NCBI GenBank assembly: GCA_029976025.1
Contig: JARKNX010000177.1
Coordinates: forward strand, 8,897 to 72,896
Source: Aggregatilineales bacterium
GTDB taxonomy: Bacteria > Chloroflexota > Anaerolineae > Aggregatilineales > Ch27
Direction of reading: 5' to 3'
DNA: 64,000 nt
A program made the position numbers and the translations under genes. The notes under the pieces were generated by a model. The model was not told the origin of the DNA. It worked only from the letters and a program-made list of their open reading frames with translations, and did not search any database. This document shows positions 52,719-63,356 of this stretch, in pieces; position 1 is the stretch's first letter, and every line of letters starts with the position of its first letter.

Positions 52719-55700
52719 TTACTCAGCCTGCATCTGGGCCAGCTCCGCCGGCAGCTCGGTTATCAGAGGGATGACCACATAAAAGGTCGACCCGGCTCCT
52801 TCCTGACTTTCCAGCCAGATGCGGCCATTGTGCATCTGGATCAGCTCCTTGACCAGAGCCAGGCCCAGCCCGGTGCCGGGGGTCTCGATCACCAGGGGGT
52901 CCTCATCATAGCGATAGAAGCGATCGAAAACGCGGCTCTGCTGATCTTCGGGGATGCCGATGCCGGTGTCAGCTACGGAGAACAGAATAGCATCCGCGCC
53001 TTCCATCCGGACAGACAGGGTAATAGTACCATTTTCGGGGGTGTACTGGTAGGCATTATCGACCAGATTGGTCATAACCTGCATCAGTTTGTCCGGGTCC
53101 GCGTAGGTATCGGGGAGGCCCTCATCGATCGCCTCGACCACCGTCATGGCTTTGCGTTCCGTCCCGATACGCCCGCGCAGATTGTCCAGCACCGTGTGCG
53201 CGATCTGGCCGAGGTTGATCTGCTGATAGTGGAGCGTAGAGCTGCCGGAATCGATGCGGGAGATGTTGAGCAGGTCATTGACCAGAATGCTCAGACGATC
53301 GGCGTTGTTCTTGATGACCGTCAGGAAGTCCCGCTGGTGCTCGTTTATTTCACCGACCGCGCCCATGACCAGCAGATCAGCATAGCCCTTGATGCTCGTC
53401 ATTGGCGTCCGCAGCTCGTGCGAGACATTGGAGATGAACTCCGTCTTCATGCGGTCCACTTCGACATCGCGGGTGATATCGCGCACCACCGATACCGTCC
53501 CGAGGAACTGGTCGCCCATATGGACCGGGGCCAGAGTAACCTGAACGACGCGCTCGCCTAACTCCAGCGTCTCCGCCAGGTAATCGCCGGAGCGAATCTG
53601 GCTGGGGTCGTTCATCCAGCGCTGGATGGTATCGGCCCACTGCCGCCCGCCGCCGCCGTAGAGGCCGCGCAGACTGCTGATCGGGCGGCCCAGAATCTCG
53701 TTACGCCGGATGCCCAGCACGCGCTCAGCAGTCCGGTTGAACAGGGTAATTTCGCCTGTCTCATTGGCGAACATCACGCCGTCAGCGACGCCTTCCAGAA
53801 TAGCGTTGCTCTTGGATGCCTCGATCTGCTGCTCGCGGACCATATCACCCAGCCGCTCAGCCTGTTCGCGGATGAAGAGGTACAGTTCCGCGTTATTGAT
53901 GGAGGTCGAAAGCTGGTTGGCGGAGGCCATCGCCAGCCGCAGGTGATCCTCATTGAAGATCCCCGGCTGGCTGTTGTAGAGCATCAGAACGCCAAGCACC
54001 TCGTCGCTGGTTTCCAGCAGCACCGCCAGCGTAGCGCGCGGGATGCGATCGCGGGGCGAGTCCTGCATCCAGCGCGAGTCCGTCTGAACATCATCAACAA
54101 CAATCGACTGTCGATTCTGGATCACCCAGCCGGCCAGCCCTTCATTGAGGCGCTGCCCGCCCTCCGGGCCGGGGCCGGCCACCTGATCGCCCAGTTCAGC
54201 CCGCCTGTACAACTGCTCGGAGTGGTGGTCGATGAGCAGGATCAGCCCCTGCTCCGCGCCGGTCGCCTCCGCCAGCAGGTGCAGCGCGCGGTCCAGCACG
54301 CGGTCCATATCAAGCGTCGCCGACAGTTCTGCCGTGATGGTGTACAGCACGTTGAGCCGGTCGCGCTCCGACCGCACTTCTTCGGTCTGGGCGCGGACAC
54401 GCCGCTCCAGCTCCTGGTTGAAGCGCCTCAGCTCGCTGAAGAGGTTAGCGTTCTGGATAGCGACGGCAAGCTGACTGGCGACGGTGGTCAGGATGCGCTG
54501 GTCGTTAATACCGAAGGAACGCGGGTCATGCTCGTCTCCAATCGCCAGCACTCCGACGGTCTCCAGGCCGACTGACAGCGGCACAGCCACAAAGCTGGCC
54601 AGGTCCGGTATCGTCGTCTCAATCTCGAGGTTGCGGCGCACGCCAGCCAGTTCATCGCCCAGCAGGATCAGTGGCCTGTTGTGGCGGATGATCCACGAGA
54701 ATTCGTCCTGTCCCAGCGGCCGGGTCGGAAGCGCAACATCCTTGCCCTGGTATATCGCAACCGGGAAGCTCAGTTCGTCGTTTTCGCGCTCGTACAGGGC
54801 AAGGTACAGCCATTCGGCATGCGTCAGAGAGGGAATCTGGGTGCGGACGATTGGCAGCAGCTCCCGCATATCGACCGCCGCCGACACCAGGCGGCTCAGA
54901 TCGTTGATCAGGAAGGCGAGCTGAACCTGAGCGGCTGTCTCGGTATTCAGGCGGGCGTTTTCAATGGAGATGGCCGCCTGCCCGGCCAGGGTGCGCGCGA
55001 TACGCTGGGCGCTCAGGCTGAAGCTCCGGTAAGCGCCGCAGGCATCAATCCTGACCAGCCCGATGGCGTTTTCGCGCACAACCAGCGGGATCAGCATGCG
55101 AGCGGTGCTCCCGGCTTCTTCCATCTCTGCCAGCTCATGTGGCTCAATCTCATCCCCGCGCTCGCGGTGCAGGACAATGGCGGTGCGCTCCTGCAGGACT
55201 TCCCGGCGCAGCGGATACTGACGCAGCGCGTAAATTGTCCCCGCCGGGGCGCTCCGATCCGCGTCGATCTGATTGACATCCGCATAAACGCGCAGTTCCT
55301 GCTCAACCTCGTCCCACAGCATAACGGAACAGGCATCGGCGCCGAGCGCCGCCAGCATTTGCTGGGCCACGCTGCTCATAACTGTGTCCAGCTCCAGCGT
55401 CAGCGAGGTGGCCTGTGAAGCCTCAAACAGAGTTTCCAGTTCGCGCGTACGGACGAAAGACTGCTCCAGAAGGTTGGCATTCTGGGCGGCGATGGCGGCC
55501 TGCGAGGCCACTATCTGCGCCAGCTCCACCTGCTCCGGAGTGAAGCGCCGCCGCTCCCCCGCCGCCTCAAACAGGAAGAAGCCGATCACCTGGCCGCCGA
55601 CAACCAGCGGAGTGATCATCAGCGAAGCAATATCGCGCGCGTGCAGGGCGACGCGCATGCTGCGCAGCAGGGGGTCGCCCATCGCGTCTTCCACAACCAG

Positions 55701-58700
55701 CGGCTGCGAAGTTCGCCGGATGTAATCAACCGCCGAGTCCTGATCCAGCACGATGATCTCGGTCGGCGGCGCATCCCCGCGCGGATACTCAACGATGACG
55801 GAGCCGATCGACTGCTCCAGATCGAAGAGCACGGCGCGGGCGCCGGGCAGGTCCAGCGCCTCGGCAGTCTCGCGCAGGGCGACTTCGAAGATATTCTCGA
55901 CATCCAGCGACTGGGCCAGCCGCACCGACACACGGTTCAACAGGCTGAGGCGCTCGGTCTGCTGGGTCAGTTCGTACGTACGGCGGCGCGCGTCGGCGAA
56001 CAGGCGCGCATTTTCCAGCGCCACCGCCGCCTGGTTAGCGAAGGCCAGCGTAAGCTGCACATCGTTGTCGGTGTAATAATTCGGCTCCACCTTATCCAGC
56101 GCCAGCAGGCCGATGATCTCCCCTTTGCTGATCAGCGGCGCGCCGAGCCAGTTCAGCGTAGGACGGTGCTCGCTGGCCGGGAAGCGTTCATCCTGCCGCA
56201 CATCCAGGACGTTGAGAGCCTGCTGACGTTCGGCGATATCGCGGAAGAGGGCGCTGTCCTCAATGGCGACAGTCAGGCCGATCAGCTCAGCGGCAGTGCC
56301 GCCGTATCCACGCGCTGAGGCGATGCGCAGATTCTGATCCTCGCGCAGCCAGAGTGTCACGCCGTCGTACACCACCACTTCGCCAAGCTGGTCCAGCACC
56401 AGGCTGATCACCTGCTCCGGCTCCAGGGTCGCGGTCAGGCGGCTGGAAACATCGGTCAGCGCGGTAAGCTGCTCGGCGCGGGCCGCCAGGTCCGCCTCCA
56501 GCCGGGCGCGCTCCGTGACATCCTCCACCAGCAGCACCACGCCGGTGACCTCACCCTCCTGCTGGAGTGGATACAGATAGAAGTTCTGGACAAAGTGCTG
56601 ATCGGCGGAGGGCTGGCTGACCACGTTGAACAGCACTTCCGGCCGGCCCGTGGCGATCACGTTGCTCAGGCCGCCGGCCAGAATTTCCCGGTATTCCGGG
56701 CGGTACGCAAATAAATGCTGCCCTTCCGCCTCAGAAGTCCATCCGTAATGGAGACGCATGAAGTTGTTAAGAGTCGTCACCTCTCCATCGCGATCCATCA
56801 CCACAATGCCCTGCTGAATGGACTCGACGATGGCGCCGGTGTAGCTCTGCAGATCGCGCATCTCCTGATACAGCCGGGCGTTCTGGATGGCGATGGATGC
56901 CTGGGTGGCGAAGATGGCCGCGCGCTCCATAGCAGTGACGCTGAACGGCTCTTCTGAAGCGATGCGAACTACCACCAGCACGCCCAGGGCCACTCCTTCC
57001 CGCAGGAGCGGGACGCCCATGACCGACCGCGGCGTGAAGAGGCCGGTGAGCGCGCTGTCGAACTCGTTCTGGAGAGACACATCGTTGACATAAAGCGGCT
57101 GCTGATCTGTGAATACGCGGGCCGCCAGCACGCGGCGATCGTCCAGCCCCACCCGCATCCCTACGAAATCCTGGTGGGCCAGCCCCACGCCGGCGATGCC
57201 GAGCAATTCGCCGTGATCGGCCTGGAAGATATAAGCGCCCTCCACCGCCAGAATTTCCAGACTCTCCTGGCAAATACTGGCCAGCGTCGTGGGCAGGTCC
57301 AGCGTGGCGTTGAGGTGGCTGCCCAGGCGTGCCAGCACTGTCGAGAAGCGCTCGCGCTCGGCTGTCTGCTGGTACAGGCGGGCGTTCTCGATGGCGACTG
57401 ATGCCAGGTTCGCCACACGCTGCACCAGGGGCACGCTCCGGGTGTCGAAGCCAAAAGCGTTGTTCAGCTCGCTGCCCATATGCAGCACGCCGACGACGAT
57501 GCCGCCGACCGTCATCGGCACAATCAGGCTGCTGCGATCGCGCTGCGCGTACCACTCCGCCAGGTCCTGATACGGGATATCAGTCTCGTCTTCGCCCAGC
57601 AGGTACACATGGCCGCTGGCCTCGCTGAAGCAGCGCCCCATTGCCGTGTCGGTCACAGGAATCGGGCGACCAGGCCGGACATCCATCCGATCTATATTGA
57701 CGAAGTGCACTTCCAGCGTATCGAAATAATCGTTGACTTCGTCATAAAAGCCCACGGTGAGCCGCGTAAAGGGCAGAAAACGCTGCAACGCCTCAGCCAC
57801 CGCCCGCACGATCCGATTGATGTCCAGCGTGCTGGTGACCGCCTGCATCATCTCATTAAACAGAGCTTCTTGTTCAGCGGAGCGGCTTGTTTCCTGATAC
57901 AGGCGAGTCATCTCGATGGCGTTGGCTGCCTGGTTGGCGAACAGCTCGATCGGGCGGATGCTCGCCTCAGTCGGAGCCTGGCCCCGGGCCGGATCGCGCA
58001 TGCCGATCACGCCGATCAGGCGATTCTCAGCGCCGTAAATCGGCAGGTACACCTGATCATCCGGATGCCAGACGCCGGCCGGCACAGCCGTCCCGGGGTC
58101 CGGCGGCTGCCCGCCGCGCAAATGCTCAATCACCCAGGGAGCGTCATAACGCAGGTAAAACGCCGTCCCCAGCCGCATTTCGTAGAAGGCCGGGTCGGAC
58201 AGGCGCTGGCGCCACTCCGCGCCGGAGCCGAGCAGGCTGTTCAACTCGTCAACTTCCTCGTCGTCATAGCCCGCGTAGATCAGCGTAGTCGGCTCCATGC
58301 GCTCATCGCGCAGCGTGATGAAGACACGGCGCCAGCCAGCGCTCCGGATGCCCTGAGTGACCACCTGCAGACGGGTGGGGACATCCGCCGCCCGCTGAAT
58401 CTCGGTAGAAACAGCGTACAGACGCTCCAGCAGGTCGCGCTCCCGGCGGGCGGCGTCAACCTCGCGCTGCACTGTCTCCAGCAGCCAGAAGTTCTCCACC
58501 GCAATGGCCGCCTGCTGGGCAAAAATCTCCAGCGGCTCGATAACCGAACGCACCGGACGCCGGCCATCCGTCGGGGCGTCCACGCTTATGTAGCCGACCA
58601 TGGTCCCATGTGAGTCGCGCAAGGGGACCATCAGAAGATCGTCCGGCTGCCAGAGGGCCGTCGACTCGGCGTCGGTGACGTACTCCTCGTGGTAAAGCAG

Positions 58701-61700
58701 ATCGCCGTCAGTGAGGAAATGCGCCCATTCCGACGACGCTTCCGTCGGCAGGAAGTAGGACTGGCTGATACGGAATTTCTCCTGCATCAACCCTTCAATC
58801 CGGGAGCGGGGGGTGGTCTTCTGCTTGATCTCGGCGAACGTAGCCAGCGGGATGCCGGCCTGAGCCACCCGGCGGAACGCATCGATCTGCTCATCGAAAA
58901 TGCTGATCAGGACGACGGCGTAACCCGCCGACATCTGAATGGCGTGTGCGACCGCCTCCAGGACGCCCTCCACATCGCGCTCGGAGCGCAGCACCTGGCC
59001 CAGCTCGAAAATCTGGTTGAGCTGCTCCACGCGGCGGCTGAGGAGCAAGTTGCGGCTGATCTGCTCGCGGAAGCTGGCGTAGTTGCCGTAGGCAGTGGCC
59101 GCCTTCAGCGCCAGAGCGCTGACGAACAGCTCCGTCTGGGAGTCAAATACCCGGGCCGCAGTATGCGCCAGATGAATGACGCCGACGGGTTTTTCGTCAT
59201 ACAGAATCGGCACGATCAGGGCTGAGATCGCTGAGGCAGGCTCCGCCTCCCAGGGGCTATCGGCGTAGTCAGCCACCGCGATCACCGATCGGGTGCGCAG
59301 CGCTTCCTCCTCCACCGGCAGGCTGGCCGCCGGCAGGACATCTTCGGCCCCGTAACGCCGCATCTCCTCCGGCTGCGCGACATCGGCCCATTCCTCGCGC
59401 GGGGAAAGCATGAGCAGGGTGCATTCAGCCACCCCGGTGACCTGCATCACTTCGCGCCGGATCACCCGGGTGATGCGGTCCAGCTCCACCGTCAGGGCCA
59501 ACTCGTTGGCGACGCGGTTGATAGCGTCGAGTTCGGCCACCCGCGTCCGGAGGGCGGCATCGTTCATATCACGCAGACGCAACCGTTCGATGGCGGCGCT
59601 GATCTGCAAAGCAATCAGCCGCAGGCCGTCCAGGTCCTGCGGCCGGTAGTCGCCGGGACGATTCGCCACGACTAGCTCGCCCAGATTCTGTCCGCCAGCT
59701 TTCAGCGGGGCGACCGCGAGCCGGGTCAGATGCAGCCGGTCGAGCAGCGGTCGGTACACAGCCGGCAGGTCAGAGTCCTGATTCGGGTTATTGCTCAGCA
59801 GCGACCGCCCGGAGATCAGGGCGCTGCTTTCGCTGCCCGGGGCGTAGACATCGATCGTCAGCTCATCCGCCGGAGATGCCCCGTAGACGTATTCCGGCAG
59901 AATCCGCAGCGCCCCGCTGGATTCATCCAGGAAGTCCACCAGCGCAATCGGGCTGTCGAAGAAATGCGCCGTCTCTCGCAGGGCGCCCTGCAGCATCTCC
60001 GTAAGCGAAGCCGGGCGGCTGAGAATCTCCGAGATGACGCGCAGAGCGCGGGACTCGCTGATTTGCGCCTGAATCTCGCTTTGCAGATGCGTGTTTTCCA
60101 GCGTCAACGCCAGTTGCGCCGCCAGAATACCGGCAATCCGGGCATCATCCCCGGTGAAACCCAGATGCCCGCGCTTGTTGCAGATCAGGATCGCGCCGAT
60201 AGCAGCGCCGCGGACGAGCAAAGGCGCCAGCAAAATCTGCTGGATGCCCACCCAGCTTGTCAGTTGTTCCAGCCCAATTTCAGCGGCAACCGGGTCAGCG
60301 CTCAGATCATTGCACAGCCAGTACTCGCCCTCCCGCCACAGGCGCTCCATCTCGCCCTGGATCGGAATCTGGATGTACTGAAGCAGCTCCGGATCAACGC
60401 CCTGGAAGGTCGGATCGGGGACCAGCGCCCGGCGGGGGGCCTCAAACAACAGCACGCCGGCCATCTCGGCGCCGAAGAGCGCGATCATGCGCGCCGACGA
60501 GTCGGTATACAGCGCAGCGTAGTCGCGCGTCCGCCCCGCCGCCAGCCCGATCTCGTGCAGGGCGCGGACCTCGGCGCTGCGGCGCTGGTCGCGCTCAATC
60601 AGGCTCAGGCTGTCCAGCACGATGGCGGCCTGGGCAGCGAACAGGCTCAGCCGCTGGATCTCCCCGGGACCGATATTTTCACCGTTACGCCGGTTGCAGA
60701 TCTGCACCATGCCGATCCGCCGCCGGCCAATCATCATGGGGACCAGGGCCATCGAGCGCAAGCCAAGCGGCTCGCAATAGTCCCGCAGGCCAATCTCGTC
60801 GATCAGGGTTTCGTCGCGCAGCCGGTTGGCGTACCAGCCCTCATCGCGCAAGAAGACTCGCCGGGCGGCCGAGCCTTCCGGAAGATCAAAGTGATAAGCG
60901 TCCAGGATAGCGTCGGGCATCCCCTGGAAGGGCCGCTGCGGGATCAGGCGTTCTTGCAGCGGGTCATGCAGGAGCAGGCCGCAAACCTGAACGTCAAGGG
61001 CCTGGGCGATATGCTGGACAAACCGCGCGACAAGCTGCCCCTGATCGGTGAGCGTCGCCGAGCCTTCCAGCATAGCCTGCACGCCGGAAAGCTCGTTATA
61101 GCGCAGAACCCGGTCTTCATAAAGCCGGGCTTTATCAATCGCGGCGGCTATCTGGTTAGCGGCGGCTTCCAGGAGCGAAAGGTCCTCATAATTGAACAGC
61201 CGGGGCTGGGCGCCGACAAGTTGTACGACCCCCAGGAACTGCTCCCCGATGAGCAACGGAGCGCCGATGTAGCTGCGACACTCCACGCCCCGCTCCGTCG
61301 ACAAAGCGATGCCGGGGTTGTTCAGGCCATCTTCGACCAGGAGCGGCTGCCGGTAGGTGACTACCCAGCCCGTATATCCCTGCCCGCTGGAGGCTTCTTC
61401 TCCCAGCAGTTCCAGCCCCTGAAGGTGGTCAGGATTCCCCTGCCCGGCCAGGGCTGTGAACGTCCCCGCCTCCGCGCCCCACACCGCAATCTGCCCGGCT
61501 TCGTAGGTGATCGCCCGGCTCAGGCTGGTGAGGATGGCTTCCATTGTCTCAACAAGAGGCTGGTTAGCCGCGATATGCTGGCCGATCTCGCTCAGCGTGA
61601 CCAGAGATCGGGCGGTGCTCGCGCCATATTCTACGCGGTCCGCGGCCATGTCGCGCAGGACGACGACCATATGCCGCGCCGCCCCCTCCCCCGGTAGCTG

Positions 61701-62045
61701 GTGTGACGAAGCGTCCAGCCGGCGCAGGCCAAGCTGAAAAGTCGCCCGGCCCTCTGTCGCGAAGAGATCGCGGAACGCATCAGCCGGGCTGACCATGGCT
61801 GCCATGACTTCCAGATCGGGTTCACCGCCGTTCATGCCGAACCACTGGCGGGCATGCTGGTTGGCAAACGTGACACGCCCGTAACCTGACGACAGCAGAA
61901 TCGCGTCCGTGGTGCTGGCCAGATTGACAGGCACCGGCGGGCGATCGTGCAAAGCCAGATCGGCACGCTTACGCTGGCGGAGTAACCAGTACACCGCTCC
62001 AAGCAACACCAGGCCAGCAATGAGTAGATAAACAGCCAGATTCAT
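52719..62045 (-). CDS. Giant (3108 aa) membrane-anchored sensor histidine kinase with ~14 GAF and >=2 PAS domains
   Basis: N-terminal TM LAVYLLIAGLVLLGAVYWLL. Fourteen recurrences of the GAF-terminal helix (for example FANQAANAIEMTRLYQE, VANLASVAIENARLYQQ, FATQASIAIQNARLYQE, FANQAAVALENARLFAD). PAS segments (IVESIQQGIVVMDRDGEV..; ILEGVADGVMFANETGEI..). HisKA SHELRTPM (His codon at 53418-53420). HATPase DTGIGIP...GTGLGLALV. Confidence 0.9.
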   Translation of the reverse strand: MNLAVYLLIAGLVLLGAVYWLLRQRKRADLALHDRPPVPVNLASTTDAILLSSGYGRVTFANQHARQWFGMNGGEPDLEVMAAMVSPADAFRDLFATEGRATFQLGLRRLDASSHQLPGEGAARHMVVVLRDMAADRVEYGASTARSLVTLSEIGQHIAANQPLVETMEAILTSLSRAITYEAGQIAVWGAEAGTFTALAGQGNPDHLQGLELLGEEASSGQGYTGWVVTYRQPLLVEDGLNNPGIALSTERGVECRSYIGAPLLIGEQFLGVVQLVGAQPRLFNYEDLSLLEAAANQIAAAIDKARLYEDRVLRYNELSGVQAMLEGSATLTDQGQLVARFVQHIAQALDVQVCGLLLHDPLQERLIPQRPFQGMPDAILDAYHFDLPEGSAARRVFLRDEGWYANRLRDETLIDEIGLRDYCEPLGLRSMALVPMMIGRRRIGMVQICNRRNGENIGPGEIQRLSLFAAQAAIVLDSLSLIERDQRRSAEVRALHEIGLAAGRTRDYAALYTDSSARMIALFGAEMAGVLLFEAPRRALVPDPTFQGVDPELLQYIQIPIQGEMERLWREGEYWLCNDLSADPVAAEIGLEQLTSWVGIQQILLAPLLVRGAAIGAILICNKRGHLGFTGDDARIAGILAAQLALTLENTHLQSEIQAQISESRALRVISEILSRPASLTEMLQGALRETAHFFDSPIALVDFLDESSGALRILPEYVYGASPADELTIDVYAPGSESSALISGRSLLSNNPNQDSDLPAVYRPLLDRLHLTRLAVAPLKAGGQNLGELVVANRPGDYRPQDLDGLRLIALQISAAIERLRLRDMNDAALRTRVAELDAINRVANELALTVELDRITRVIRREVMQVTGVAECTLLMLSPREEWADVAQPEEMRRYGAEDVLPAASLPVEEEALRTRSVIAVADYADSPWEAEPASAISALIVPILYDEKPVGVIHLAHTAARVFDSQTELFVSALALKAATAYGNYASFREQISRNLLLSRRVEQLNQIFELGQVLRSERDVEGVLEAVAHAIQMSAGYAVVLISIFDEQIDAFRRVAQAGIPLATFAEIKQKTTPRSRIEGLMQEKFRISQSYFLPTEASSEWAHFLTDGDLLYHEEYVTDAESTALWQPDDLLMVPLRDSHGTMVGYISVDAPTDGRRPVRSVIEPLEIFAQQAAIAVENFWLLETVQREVDAARRERDLLERLYAVSTEIQRAADVPTRLQVVTQGIRSAGWRRVFITLRDERMEPTTLIYAGYDDEEVDELNSLLGSGAEWRQRLSDPAFYEMRLGTAFYLRYDAPWVIEHLRGGQPPDPGTAVPAGVWHPDDQVYLPIYGAENRLIGVIGMRDPARGQAPTEASIRPIELFANQAANAIEMTRLYQETSRSAEQEALFNEMMQAVTSTLDINRIVRAVAEALQRFLPFTRLTVGFYDEVNDYFDTLEVHFVNIDRMDVRPGRPIPVTDTAMGRCFSEASGHVYLLGEDETDIPYQDLAEWYAQRDRSSLIVPMTVGGIVVGVLHMGSELNNAFGFDTRSVPLVQRVANLASVAIENARLYQQTAERERFSTVLARLGSHLNATLDLPTTLASICQESLEILAVEGAYIFQADHGELLGIAGVGLAHQDFVGMRVGLDDRRVLAARVFTDQQPLYVNDVSLQNEFDSALTGLFTPRSVMGVPLLREGVALGVLVVVRIASEEPFSVTAMERAAIFATQASIAIQNARLYQEMRDLQSYTGAIVESIQQGIVVMDRDGEVTTLNNFMRLHYGWTSEAEGQHLFAYRPEYREILAGGLSNVIATGRPEVLFNVVSQPSADQHFVQNFYLYPLQQEGEVTGVVLLVEDVTERARLEADLAARAEQLTALTDVSSRLTATLEPEQVISLVLDQLGEVVVYDGVTLWLREDQNLRIASARGYGGTAAELIGLTVAIEDSALFRDIAERQQALNVLDVRQDERFPASEHRPTLNWLGAPLISKGEIIGLLALDKVEPNYYTDNDVQLTLAFANQAAVALENARLFADARRRTYELTQQTERLSLLNRVSVRLAQSLDVENIFEVALRETAEALDLPGARAVLFDLEQSIGSVIVEYPRGDAPPTEIIVLDQDSAVDYIRRTSQPLVVEDAMGDPLLRSMRVALHARDIASLMITPLVVGGQVIGFFLFEAAGERRRFTPEQVELAQIVASQAAIAAQNANLLEQSFVRTRELETLFEASQATSLTLELDTVMSSVAQQMLAALGADACSVMLWDEVEQELRVYADVNQIDADRSAPAGTIYALRQYPLRREVLQERTAIVLHRERGDEIEPHELAEMEEAGSTARMLIPLVVRENAIGLVRIDACGAYRSFSLSAQRIARTLAGQAAISIENARLNTETAAQVQLAFLINDLSRLVSAAVDMRELLPIVRTQIPSLTHAEWLYLALYERENDELSFPVAIYQGKDVALPTRPLGQDEFSWIIRHNRPLILLGDELAGVRRNLEIETTIPDLASFVAVPLSVGLETVGVLAIGDEHDPRSFGINDQRILTTVASQLAVAIQNANLFSELRRFNQELERRVRAQTEEVRSERDRLNVLYTITAELSATLDMDRVLDRALHLLAEATGAEQGLILLIDHHSEQLYRRAELGDQVAGPGPEGGQRLNEGLAGWVIQNRQSIVVDDVQTDSRWMQDSPRDRIPRATLAVLLETSDEVLGVLMLYNSQPGIFNEDHLRLAMASANQLSTSINNAELYLFIREQAERLGDMVREQQIEASKSNAILEGVADGVMFANETGEITLFNRTAERVLGIRRNEILGRPISSLRGLYGGGGRQWADTIQRWMNDPSQIRSGDYLAETLELGERVVQVTLAPVHMGDQFLGTVSVVRDITRDVEVDRMKTEFISNVSHELRTPMTSIKGYADLLVMGAVGEINEHQRDFLTVIKNNADRLSILVNDLLNISRIDSGSSTLHYQQINLGQIAHTVLDNLRGRIGTERKAMTVVEAIDEGLPDTYADPDKLMQVMTNLVDNAYQYTPENGTITLSVRMEGADAILFSVADTGIGIPEDQQSRVFDRFYRYDEDPLVIETPGTGLGLALVKELIQMHNGRIWLESQEGAGSTFYVVIPLITELPAELAQMQAE

Positions 62046-62108
62046 GGTCTTGTTTCACCATTGGCGCCAGCTCGCTGCGATAGAATCCGGGGCAGCGTCC
62101 GGGCGCCG

Positions 62109-63035
62109 CTACCACTCTGTTTCGTATTCTTCAACAGGCGCGCCCCCCAGGCGGCGATCTTCCGCAGCCAGCTCCGTGATCTCGCGAATGTCGGCGAACG
62201 TCTGCGTCCGTGCGGAAACCGACCCGACTGAGAGCGTCATCAGCGGAACCTGCCGTTCAGCGCCGTCGCTGGTGTGGACGATCATGTAACCGCGCTCGCG
62301 ATCAATGAACGAATAATGCTGCTTGATGTCATCCGCGAAGCGCCTGACAATCCGATCCTTGAGGCCCTGCAGGTTATCCGTGTGAGTGATGACAACAAAA
62401 TTGTCACCGCCAGGGTGGCCGACGAAATCGTTGGGCGTCCCCATCTCGTCTATCACCTCGCCCAGCAGCAGGGCCGTGAACCGCTGCACTTCGTTGCCGG
62501 CCACGAAGCCATACACTTCGCGGAAGGCATCGAGCTGGTTAACTTTGATGTCGATATAGCTCCAGGTGTTGTTGCTCGGCGTGCGCATCAGGTCGCGAAG
62601 CTGCTCTTCAATCAACCGGCCGCTGGGCAGCCCGGAGTTGGCATCGGTCAGGGAGATCATCTCCGAACGCTGGATGGCGTTCTGGACGCGCAGCTTAAGC
62701 TCCTCGATATCGAACGGCTTGGTGATGTAATCGTCCGCGCCCAGCTCCAGCCCGGCGATCTTATCGCTGCGCTCATCCTTCTGGGTCAGGAAGATGATCG
62801 GGATATGGCTGGTCCGCGTTGTCGTGCGCAATTCCTTACAGACGGCGTACCCATCCATGTCCGGCAGCATAATATCCAGCACAATCAGGTGGGGGAGTTG
62901 TTTGCGCGTGTAATTAAGCGCATCACCCCCACGCGGCGCGACCTGAACATCGTACCCCTGTCCGCTGAAATAAATACGCAGCATGTTGGAGATATCGACA
63001 TCATCCTCAACTATCAGAATCTTGGTTTTGCTCAT
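62109..63035 (-). CDS. Response regulator: receiver + degenerate GGDEF-like domain (GGDNF)
   Basis: Receiver ILIVEDD...IVLDIMLPDMDG...TQKD...ITKPF. Output domain has TDANSGLPSGRL, IDIKVNQLDAFREVYG and GHPGGDNFVV (GGC GGT GAC AAT TTT at 62397-62411). Confidence 0.85.
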   Translation of the reverse strand: MSKTKILIVEDDVDISNMLRIYFSGQGYDVQVAPRGGDALNYTRKQLPHLIVLDIMLPDMDGYAVCKELRTTTRTSHIPIIFLTQKDERSDKIAGLELGADDYITKPFDIEELKLRVQNAIQRSEMISLTDANSGLPSGRLIEEQLRDLMRTPSNNTWSYIDIKVNQLDAFREVYGFVAGNEVQRFTALLLGEVIDEMGTPNDFVGHPGGDNFVVITHTDNLQGLKDRIVRRFADDIKQHYSFIDRERGYMIVHTSDGAERQVPLMTLSVGSVSARTQTFADIREITELAAEDRRLGGAPVEEYETEW

Positions 63036-63356
63036 ACCTGATCACTCCCCAACGTAAAGGGCGAACCCTCGTTGAAGTGGTGCGGCGTCTGTGCCACAGG
63101 CAGCCGCGCCACTCGATTAAACAAGGTTTACGGTCCATCATTACTATACATGTGAACGTTTTGAGACGCCACCGCACTCCTAACGAAACCCTAACCTGAG
63201 CAGGCTCCTCCGGCGCAGAAGAATGCCCGGCCCTTCCGCCACAATCCGGCCGAGATTCCTGTAGATTCCCGGGGATTCTGTATCTTCTGTCGCCAGTACG
63301 CAGGAGAATACAGGCCCTTCTCCTCCGTTGTGACCGTTCAGAACAGGTTAGAACGG

